This document shows, one piece after another, positions 57,144-64,000 of a stretch of 64,000 bases of DNA. Below the pieces are notes generated by a model, which did not search any database, was not told the origin of the DNA, and was given only the letters and a program-made list of their open reading frames with translations. Numbering within the stretch: position 1 is the first letter of the stretch; every line of letters begins with the position of its first letter. Source of the DNA: Cytophagales bacterium (GTDB lineage: Bacteria; Bacteroidota; Bacteroidia; Cytophagales; Spirosomataceae); the NCBI GenBank assembly GCA_004292855.1, contig RDXN01000049.1, positions 21,760 through 85,759 of the forward strand. Direction: 5' to 3'. A program made the translations under genes and the position numbers.

Positions 57144-57671
57144 ATGCTGCCTGATCTGACAACCCTCGTACTAGAAACTGACCGGCTTGTACTCAAGCCC
57201 ATCTCACCCGACTACACCGACGCGATCTTTTCGGAGTTCACGCCCGACGTAGCCACGTATATGTACCCGCGCCCCGCCGAACAACGGATGGAGACGGAGG
57301 CTTTTGTGCAGTCGGCGATGGCCGACAACGAAGATGAGACCAGCCTGACGATGGTTATTACCCTGCGCGAAACCGGCGAGTTTTTGGGGTGCGTGGGCCT
57401 CCACAAATTAGCCGACCCACGCCCGGAGTTCGGAATTTGGGTGAAACAATCGGCGCACATGCACGGTTACGGACGCGAGGCCATCCGGGTACTCAAACGC
57501 TGGGCCGACCAGTATCTGAACTACGAGTACCTGATGTATCCCGTCGACTCGCGCAACATCGCAAGCCGCAAAATCCCGGAGTCCCTGGGGGCAGCCATTG
57601 TGGGTCAGTTCGAGGGAACAGGGGGAATGGGGCAAGATTTGACCTTGATCAACTATCGAATAGAGCGGTAA
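57144..57671 (+). CDS. GNAT family N-acetyltransferase (RimJ/RimL-like)
   Basis: acetyl-CoA-binding region GCVGLHKL...GYGREA. Confidence 0.8.
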   Translation: MLPDLTTLVLETDRLVLKPISPDYTDAIFSEFTPDVATYMYPRPAEQRMETEAFVQSAMADNEDETSLTMVITLRETGEFLGCVGLHKLADPRPEFGIWVKQSAHMHGYGREAIRVLKRWADQYLNYEYLMYPVDSRNIASRKIPESLGAAIVGQFEGTGGMGQDLTLINYRIER

Positions 57672-57678
57672 GCAGGGT

Positions 57679-58440
57679 TTATGTTCTCCCCTTCATAAAC
57701 TCCCCGGCTGCCGACTTAAGCAGGCCCGCAAAGGAATTCAAACAGAACAGTACACCTCTGTCTACCAAGGCTTTAGCCTGGTCTCCACTCGCGGCTGTGG
57801 TACCTACGATCAGCCCGGCGGCTTTGATCTTTTCGACCACTGCGCCAATAGCTTTTTTCACCTCGTCGTGGCCAGGGCCGTCGTAGTAGCCCATACTCAT
57901 GGCCAAATCGCGGGGGCCAATCACAAAGCCATCCACCCCATCAATCTGCAACATTTCATCGAGGTTGGCAATGGCGTCTTTATCTTCGATCATGGGCAGA
58001 ACCAGCGTGTGCTCATTGGCGAAGGCAACGTATTCGCCCTGGGTCATATTGCCTTGCAGGTAATCGGCGGAGCGGACGGGGCCGAGTCCTCGGTCGCCCA
58101 TTGGGGGGTATTTCATGGCCCGTACAAAGGCCTGCACGTCGGCAGCGGTTTTGATACCGGGCATCATGATGCCTGCTACTCCCGCATCCAGAAATTGCAA
58201 AATAAGCTTGGGGTCGTTGGAACGGACGCGGGCAAGGGGCGTAATGTTGCTCACCTCACAGGCCCGCACAATGTCCTGCACCTGGGCCGTAGTAACGGGG
58301 CTGTGTTCCCCGTCGATCATGTAAAAATCCAGCCCCGAAAAGCCGCACAATTCGGCAACGGTGGGGTCGGGACTGTTGGAGATAACGCCCAACACGGGCT
58401 GGCCATTTTTAAGGCGGGTCTTAACGTTATTTTCTCTCAT
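57679..58440 (-). CDS. HpcH/HpaI aldolase family (2-keto-3-deoxy-sugar acid aldolase, RhmA-like)
   Basis: 253 aa class-II aldolase-type TIM barrel with family motifs. Confidence 0.75.
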   Translation of the reverse strand: MRENNVKTRLKNGQPVLGVISNSPDPTVAELCGFSGLDFYMIDGEHSPVTTAQVQDIVRACEVSNITPLARVRSNDPKLILQFLDAGVAGIMMPGIKTAADVQAFVRAMKYPPMGDRGLGPVRSADYLQGNMTQGEYVAFANEHTLVLPMIEDKDAIANLDEMLQIDGVDGFVIGPRDLAMSMGYYDGPGHDEVKKAIGAVVEKIKAAGLIVGTTAASGDQAKALVDRGVLFCLNSFAGLLKSAAGEFMKGRT

Positions 58441-58449
58441 TCGCTGATT

Positions 58450-58695
58450 TTAGGGTTCGTTGCGTTCAATGGTTTCAGCCCAGTTGTGGGCCATTTCTGT
58501 AAATCGTTGGGCAACCTGTTCGGTAAACCGTTCGTCCAGCAAAGTTGGCAAATCGTCGGGGTTTATCACGTCGGTTTGGTCGATTTTGTAGGTCTGTTCG
58601 TAGATTCCGGCCTCAATTTTAAGGATATACCGGTTGTTCCAGGAATACAGGCCCACTTTGAACTGTGGATTGGGAATGTCGTGGAGGTAGCGCAT
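58450..58695 (-). CDS. hypothetical protein (81 aa), tightly packed in operon
   Basis: 10- and 13-bp spacers to flanking genes; no family recognised. Confidence 0.45.
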   Translation of the reverse strand: MRYLHDIPNPQFKVGLYSWNNRYILKIEAGIYEQTYKIDQTDVINPDDLPTLLDERFTEQVAQRFTEMAHNWAETIERNEP

Positions 58696-58708
58696 AGGGC
58701 AAGTTGGT

Positions 58709-59599
58709 TCACGAACGATTCAGACCGAGCATCCGAATGGCGTTCTCCTTCAAAATTAAGGGTTTTACCTCGTCGCGGAACCCGGCAGTCTCAAAATCTT
58801 TCATCCAGCGGTCGGGCGTGATGAGCGGAAAATCCGTTCCAAACAGCATCCGGCTTTTGAGTTGGGTGTTGGCATATTGCACCAATTGGGGCGGAAAATA
58901 CTTCGGCGACCACCCGCTGAGGTCGATATACACGTTGGGTTTGTGCATGGCTACCGACAGGGCTTCGTCCTGCCACGGCCACGAGGGGTGGGCAATGATG
59001 ATCGGCGAGTCGGGGAAGGCAATGGCCACATCGTCGAGGTGCATGGGGTTGGAGTATTCGAGCCGGAGACCGCCCCCACCCCGCACCCCCGACCCAAAGC
59101 CCGAGTGCCCTGAATGGAACAACATGGGCAGTTTGTGCTCGGCAATGGCCTCGTAAACGTGCCACGCCATGCGGTCGTTGGGGTAAAAACCCTGCACCGT
59201 CGGGTGAAATTTGAAGCCCTTTATACCAAACTCTTCGATCAGTCGGCGGGCTTCGCGGGCACCCATCCGGCCCTTGTGGGGGTCGATACTGCCGAACGGG
59301 ATCATCACGTCGGGGTTGTTGGCGGCCCCCTCGGCTACTTCCTCGTTCGGAATCCGCCGACGCCCTAACTCGTATTCGGCGTCAATCGTGAACATCACGA
59401 AGGCCATGTTCCGCTCGCGGTAATAATCGGCGGTTTCCTGAATCGTAGGGCGTTTGTCGGACTTAAAATACCTGGCAAACGCCACGTCGAATTCGGGCCG
59501 GTAATCGTCGTGCGGCTGGCAACACGACACCTCGGCATGGGTATGGACGTCGATAGCGACGATGGTTTCGATGTTTATCATAGTTGGGGATAGGAACAC
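58709..59599 (-). CDS. amidohydrolase-2 family protein (candidate sugar-acid lactonase)
   Basis: metal-binding HxH (AIDVHTH) and downstream His/Asp motifs of the amidohydrolase_2 fold. Confidence 0.7.
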   Translation of the reverse strand: MFLSPTMINIETIVAIDVHTHAEVSCCQPHDDYRPEFDVAFARYFKSDKRPTIQETADYYRERNMAFVMFTIDAEYELGRRRIPNEEVAEGAANNPDVMIPFGSIDPHKGRMGAREARRLIEEFGIKGFKFHPTVQGFYPNDRMAWHVYEAIAEHKLPMLFHSGHSGFGSGVRGGGGLRLEYSNPMHLDDVAIAFPDSPIIIAHPSWPWQDEALSVAMHKPNVYIDLSGWSPKYFPPQLVQYANTQLKSRMLFGTDFPLITPDRWMKDFETAGFRDEVKPLILKENAIRMLGLNRS

Positions 59600-59697
59600 G
59601 GATTGAACAGATTGAACGGATGAAAACGGATTTTATAATCGTGAACAATGATAAAATCCGTTTTCATCTGTTCGATCCGTTCAATCCGTGTTCCTAT
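59590..59697. repeat. 47-bp imperfect inverted repeat, 14-nt loop, with GATTGAAC tandem units
   Basis: ATAGGAACACGGATTGAACAGATTGAACGGATGAAAACGGATTTTAT / ATAAAATCCGTTTTCATCTGTTCGATCCGTTCAATCCGTGTTCCTAT. Confidence 0.85.
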
Positions 59698-59702
59698 CAT
59701 TT

Positions 59703-60821
59703 TTATTCCACAAATCCCGCTCTAGCTTTAATGCCCGTTTTGACCCAGTTGCGGAGTTGGTCGAACGCCTGGCCCGTTTGCGCGGGGGTAAAATTGCAGT
59801 GGCCCTGTCCGTTGGTGTATTTGACGGTAAAGTACGCATCACGGCCTTGTGCGTGAACCATGTTCTCGAAATTCACGATGGCGTAGGTGGCCGGAATCAA
59901 CTGATCGTAGATCGTATGCACGGCCACGGTTGGCTTGTCGATTCGGCCCGTGCGGTCGTACGTCCCGAATAGCTTGCCGGGGTCGACGGTGGCGGGCAAT
60001 CGCTCGGCCTTTTGGTTCACGAGCAGGTTGTCGGGGAAGCCGCTGTAGAGCGTGTTCGTATTGTCGAAGGGGTTGCCACCGGCTTTCTGGGCGATGTCGC
60101 GCAGGACGTTTTCGTTGAAAAAGAGTGAGAACGGCAGGTCATCTGGTTTCAGATCGAACCGATGGGCGAAGGCCACCGCCAACGCGGAGTCTTTGGTCAT
60201 GATGGCCTTGCGAATTTCCCGTGCTCGTTCGCGCAGGTTGCGGGCGTTCTGTGCCTGATACGGTTTCGACAGATCGAATATGGTTGCCAACGGTGTGGCA
60301 ATGCCCGGAAACAAACCGTTGAAGGTCGCGTACAAGTCAAACTCCTTCCGGCATTGCAAATAGGGTCGGCTCGACAGCGGGCACATCGGTAGTCCCCCGG
60401 TATAGTGTTGCCCCAAATTTTCGAGGGTAGCCAGCGTGATGCCGCCCCCCATCGAATGCCCCACCATGTAGGTTGTGTCGGGTTGGCCGTAGGTTTTCAC
60501 CACGTATTGCCGCAGGGCTTCGGTATCGTCTACGCCCTGCGCCAGCGCAAAACCCTGAACGGCATAGTCGGAAGCTGCCACGGCGTAACCCCGAGCCAGA
60601 AACGGCTGCATCCGCGCCAAAAAATCGGGGTTTTGGCTCTGCCGGGGCACCGACCCCATAAACTCGTAGCCGTGGGCATACATGACGAGTTTTTTCTGCC
60701 AGTTGGCCGGAAACAGAACCCTGTAGCGGGTGCCGTTGATAGCCCCGGAGTCGATACGAGTAATGGGTTGCTGCGCTAGTGCCGACGTTGCAACCAGGAG
60801 AAGTAAAAGGGTTTGTTTCAT
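59703..60821 (-). CDS. secreted alpha/beta hydrolase
   Basis: signal peptide; GHSMGG nucleophile elbow. Confidence 0.7.
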   Translation of the reverse strand: MKQTLLLLLVATSALAQQPITRIDSGAINGTRYRVLFPANWQKKLVMYAHGYEFMGSVPRQSQNPDFLARMQPFLARGYAVAASDYAVQGFALAQGVDDTEALRQYVVKTYGQPDTTYMVGHSMGGGITLATLENLGQHYTGGLPMCPLSSRPYLQCRKEFDLYATFNGLFPGIATPLATIFDLSKPYQAQNARNLRERAREIRKAIMTKDSALAVAFAHRFDLKPDDLPFSLFFNENVLRDIAQKAGGNPFDNTNTLYSGFPDNLLVNQKAERLPATVDPGKLFGTYDRTGRIDKPTVAVHTIYDQLIPATYAIVNFENMVHAQGRDAYFTVKYTNGQGHCNFTPAQTGQAFDQLRNWVKTGIKARAGFVE

Positions 60822-60838
60822 GCTTGTATCATTAACGT

Positions 60839-60935
60839 TTTTTTGTCATCCCGACGAAGGAGGGATCTACTTTGCTTACTCATACCTTGTGCATGCCAGA
60901 GCTAGATCCCTCCTTCGTCGGGATGACAAAAAACT
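60839..60935. repeat. REP/MITE-like element copy 10 (GAAGG/CCTTC stem variant)
   Basis: read directly. Confidence 0.9.
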
Positions 60936-60944
60936 ACGTGCCCA

Positions 60945-62738
60945 CTAACTGATATACATACGTTCCACTAATTTAACTCTGTGCTTCAGAACAGCCCGCT
61001 GATTGAGCGAGCCTTTGTCGGTGATTTCGCCGAGGTCAATCGAGGGCGGGTCGAGGGCAATCACGGCCCGCGCAATGCGGTTGGCACTGCCCGTTGCGGT
61101 TTCGCCTAGCCGGACAAGAAGGTCATCAACATAATTCTTAATCATCGGGTGCTCAAAAACAATCTCAGCAGGGCACCCTGCATCCAAATTGGCCCATTTT
61201 CGGCAGGCGTCGGGGTTCAGAAACAGGATCGCGCTCACATATTCGCGGTCGAGGCCGACAATCACTACATCCTGCACGACGGGCGCACCGGCCGCTAAAA
61301 CGCTCGCTTTCAATACGCCTACGTTCACCCACGTGCCGGTCGAGAGTTTAAAATCTTCGGCAATGCGTCCGTCGAAAAGGAGGCCCCGGCTAGGGTCGAC
61401 TTCATCCAGAAATCGCACGGCGTCGCCGGTTTTGTAGAACCCCTCCTCATCGAACGCGTTGGCCGTGGCTTCGGGGTTGCGCCAGTAGCCGGGCGTCACG
61501 TTGGGGCCACGGTAGCGGGCTTCGAGCTTGTCGCCATCGGGCACGAGCTTCACCGTCAGGCCTGCCACCGGCACGCCCAACAAACCCGAAAAGCTGCCCG
61601 GCCAGTTGGCAAACATCGCCGACGGCCCCGACTCGGTGCAGCCCAGCCCCGTAATGATCGGCACAGGTTGGCCGGTCATTTGGGTAGCCAGTTCGTCCAG
61701 TTTATTCCAGATCGGTTGGCCCAAACTGGCTCCGGCGTAGAAAAAGAAATGAACGTTACGGAAAAACGTTGCCCGCAGGTCGGGGTCGTTTTCGAGATAC
61801 GGCAACAGCATCTCGAAGCCCTTTGGCACGTTGAAATAGGCCGTGGGCGAAATCTCGCGCAGATTTTGCACCGTGGCTTCGATGCCCTGCTGAGTGGGTT
61901 TGCCTTCGTCGATGTAGAGTGTCCCGCCGTTGTAGAGCGTCAGACCCACATTATGATTCCCGCCGAACGTGTGATTCCACGGGAGCCAGTCGACAAACAC
62001 GGGTGGCTCGACGTTAAAAATAGGGAACACTTGCGTGATCTGTTGCAGGTTGGCGCACCACATCCGGTGGGTATTTATGACGCCCTTCGGCAAGCCCGTT
62101 GACCCCGACGTAAAGAGTATTTTGGCAACCGTGTCGGGGCCAACGCACTCGTGTGCCTGAGCAACGGCCTCGGTTGGTTGGGTTGTCAGGGCGTGGGGTA
62201 GGTCGTCGGCGGTGAGGATGAGTGCATCGGGGAAAAGCTCACGGGTAATCGCCAAAGCTGGGCCATAGACAGACTTGTTCTGGGCAAAAATTAGCCTGGG
62301 AGCCATCGCCAACAAGCAGTGTTTCAGCTTCCCGAAGTCCTTAGAAACAAGCGAATACGCGGGCGAAATAGACGCGTATGGAACCCCGATATGCACAGCC
62401 GCCAAGGCCAGCAGGGCGTGTTCGAGGGTATTATCGGAGAGGATGACAAGGGTATCTTCTCCCGTGAAATTCTGGTTCAGTAAGTATTGAGAAAGGCTTT
62501 CAATATGCCGAAGCGTTTGGGCGTAACTTACTCTCTTCCAGTTGTTTGCTTCATCTTGCTGAGCCAGAAAGGTATTGTCGGGGATGGATTTGGCCCAGTG
62601 CTGAAGTTTTTGAGTAAGCGTATCGGGGAATGGGGCCAATGATTGCTCGGCCTGAAGCAGAATGCTGCCATCTGGTCGAATGGTTTTGTGCGTTTGTGTT
62701 GGCCCGAAAATATTGCTCATGATTGATTGGAACCGCAA
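60945..62738 (-). CDS. AMP-dependent synthetase/ligase (acyl-CoA synthetase)
   Basis: AMP-binding motif TSGSTGLPKGV, adenylate-forming enzyme length. Confidence 0.85.
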   Translation of the reverse strand: MRFQSIMSNIFGPTQTHKTIRPDGSILLQAEQSLAPFPDTLTQKLQHWAKSIPDNTFLAQQDEANNWKRVSYAQTLRHIESLSQYLLNQNFTGEDTLVILSDNTLEHALLALAAVHIGVPYASISPAYSLVSKDFGKLKHCLLAMAPRLIFAQNKSVYGPALAITRELFPDALILTADDLPHALTTQPTEAVAQAHECVGPDTVAKILFTSGSTGLPKGVINTHRMWCANLQQITQVFPIFNVEPPVFVDWLPWNHTFGGNHNVGLTLYNGGTLYIDEGKPTQQGIEATVQNLREISPTAYFNVPKGFEMLLPYLENDPDLRATFFRNVHFFFYAGASLGQPIWNKLDELATQMTGQPVPIITGLGCTESGPSAMFANWPGSFSGLLGVPVAGLTVKLVPDGDKLEARYRGPNVTPGYWRNPEATANAFDEEGFYKTGDAVRFLDEVDPSRGLLFDGRIAEDFKLSTGTWVNVGVLKASVLAAGAPVVQDVVIVGLDREYVSAILFLNPDACRKWANLDAGCPAEIVFEHPMIKNYVDDLLVRLGETATGSANRIARAVIALDPPSIDLGEITDKGSLNQRAVLKHRVKLVERMYIS

Positions 62739-62756
62739 CGGCGGACCGTGCGGATG

Positions 62757-62850
62757 GTTTTGTCATCCCGACGAAGGAGGGATCTAGCTAGCTGATAGTC
62801 AACCTGATTGCAAATGGAGTAGATCCCTCCTTCGTCGGGATGACAAAAAA
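62757..62850. repeat. REP/MITE-like element copy 11 (preceded by GGAACCGCAACGGCGGACCGTGCGGATG)
   Basis: read directly. Confidence 0.9.
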
Positions 62851-62860
62851 ACCGCATTCA

Positions 62861-63643
62861 TCATTCATCATTACGCATTACCTTCTTCCCTCGTCCCTCC
62901 AAAAACTCCCGCAACTGCTCTTGTGCCTCCGGCGAACTCGACGAGATGGTGGCCATCAGCGACTCCATCATCAACCCCTCCGCCTGCCCCGAATCGGCGA
63001 TGCGCGGCAACACGTGCATAACCCCGTAAGTGGTCATTTCGCCAACCTGCGCGATGCGTTTGGCCAGTTCAAGCCCCTTCGCCAATCCCTCTCCCGCCCC
63101 AACAACATACTGCGACAAACCGGCGGCTAACCCCTCGTCGGCAGAGAGCACCCGGCCTGTGAGCATCATGTCGGTCATGCGGGCCACGCCAATTAGTTTG
63201 GGCAACCGCACGGAGGCACCACCCCCTACAAAAATGCCCCGTTTGCCCTCGGGCAGGGCGTAGAACGTGCTTTGTTCGGCCACCCGGATATGGCAGGCTG
63301 CAGCAATTTCCAGCCCCCCGCCCACACAAGCCCCATGCAATACGGCCACCACCGGCACCCGCCCAAACTGAATTTTGTCGAGCGCACGGTGCCACATGCG
63401 CGAGTGATGCAGCCCCTCCACGAGGTTCCGTTCACGCAGTTGCGACAGGTCCAGGCCCGCGCTGAAATGCCCGCCCTCGCCGTAAATCAGGGCGCAGCGA
63501 ACACCATCGGGGATGGCCGAGAACACCGCTTCGAGACCCAGAATGAGTTCGTCGTTGATGGCATTGCGCTTTTCGGGCCGGTTCAGTTTGAGCAGCAAAA
63601 CGTCGTCTTGCTGCTCAATGTGTAAGGAAGTCGGGGAGGTCAT
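62861..63643 (-). CDS. enoyl-CoA hydratase/isomerase (crotonase) family protein
   Basis: crotonase fold motifs (GEGGHFSAGLDL, ACVGGGLE); start trimmed to MTSPTSL. Confidence 0.8.
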   Translation of the reverse strand: MTSPTSLHIEQQDDVLLLKLNRPEKRNAINDELILGLEAVFSAIPDGVRCALIYGEGGHFSAGLDLSQLRERNLVEGLHHSRMWHRALDKIQFGRVPVVAVLHGACVGGGLEIAAACHIRVAEQSTFYALPEGKRGIFVGGGASVRLPKLIGVARMTDMMLTGRVLSADEGLAAGLSQYVVGAGEGLAKGLELAKRIAQVGEMTTYGVMHVLPRIADSGQAEGLMMESLMATISSSSPEAQEQLREFLEGRGKKVMRNDE

Positions 63644-64000
63644 GCTGGTTGAAGAACTGACTGTTTTTCGGCCACGGCCAGGCGGTAGGGCTTGAGCGAT
63701 AAATAGCTCAGAACGAGACCAACCCCGCCCCCCAGGGCAAACAATAGCACGAGCGAGTACCGAATCATGTTCTCGTCGTGGAAAATGTAGTCCGTAAACA
63801 GGGCCACAATGGTCGGCCCCAGCCCGATACCGATCAGGTTCAGAATAAACAGGAAAATAGACGAGGCCAACGCCCGCACCTGATTCGGCATCAGCTCCTG
63901 AATAGCCGCCGTTGCCGCACCAAACGGAGCCGCCAACCCGAAAATAGGCAGCGAAAGGGTCAGCAATGCCCACTCAGCGCGGGGCATCAGGGGGGCGATA
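63640..64000 (-). CDS. MFS-type transporter, C-terminal part (gene continues right of window)
   Basis: three hydrophobic helices; start of crotonase overlaps its stop (ATGA). Confidence 0.5.
   Translation of the reverse strand, partial: IAPLMPRAEWALLTLSLPIFGLAAPFGAATAAIQELMPNQVRALASSIFLFILNLIGIGLGPTIVALFTDYIFHDENMIRYSLVLLFALGGGVGLVLSYLSLKPYRLAVAEKQSVLQPA

Noticed and set aside
57868-58821. 317-aa plus-strand ORF spanning the aldolase, the 81-aa ORF and the amidohydrolase start
   Set aside because: It crosses two intergenic spacers antisense to three co-oriented genes and has no family resemblance. Judged spurious.
2370-62850. Possibility that the recurring repeats form a CRISPR array
   Set aside because: Copies are dispersed over 60 kb, individually palindromic, and not separated by short unique spacers of regular length. 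No cas genes are present.

Overview
This is a high-GC (about 55-58%) Bacteroidota chromosomal segment, probably Cytophagales-like. Taxonomic evidence: SusC/SusD pair, ECF sigma/FecR anti-sigma, long plant-type IspG. It holds about 60 protein genes, most on the minus strand, and is studded with palindromic repeats. (1) 1-14.6 kb is housekeeping: HAD phosphonatase-like plus FAD-oxidoreductase pair, TIM-barrel sugar-P isomerase, CDF transporter, NUDIX, LysE, TPR, MmcQ/YjbR, ispG, polyprenyl synthase, acyltransferase-3, a membrane-fused LytTR regulator, a CarboxypepD_reg protein and a CPBP protease. (2) 14.6-28.9 kb is one long minus-strand pentose/nucleoside-utilisation array: fucose-isomerase-like, esterase, transketolase N- and C-subunits split by an inserted nucleoside-hydrolase gene, two tandem DUF1593 paralogs, ribose-type binding protein and DUF2291. 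It ends in rbsA, rbsC and glpK homologs that each carry an independent disabling lesion (amber codon, frameshift/deletion, homopolymer frameshift). (3) 29-36.6 kb is a GT2/flotillin/DegT cell-surface glycan cluster with an S8 protease. (4) 36.6-57 kb is a SusC/SusD polysaccharide utilisation locus under ECF-sigma/anti-sigma control: GH88/105, heparinase-II/III-like lyase, DUF4861, cellulase-like GH, a sulfatase, a 1170-aa sulfatase-GH78 rhamnosidase fusion, fasciclin protein and an alginate-lyase-family protein. (5) 57-64 kb holds GNAT, HpcH/RhmA-type aldolase, amidohydrolase-2, alpha/beta hydrolase, acyl-CoA ligase, crotonase and a partial MFS. At least 11 copies of a ~95-bp palindromic REP/MITE-like element (TTTTTGTCATCCCGACGCAGGAGGGATCTA...TAGATCCCTCCTGCGTCGGGATGACAAAAA, with compensatory stem variants) plus several other 35-47-bp inverted repeats sit in intergenic spacers. 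I found no rRNA, tRNA or CRISPR array. I did not recognise a novel defense-type system. The most unusual biology I can support is the decaying transporter/kinase operon, the repeat family with structure-preserving substitutions, the transketolase split by a repeat-flanked gene, and the sulfatase-GH78 fusion PUL.
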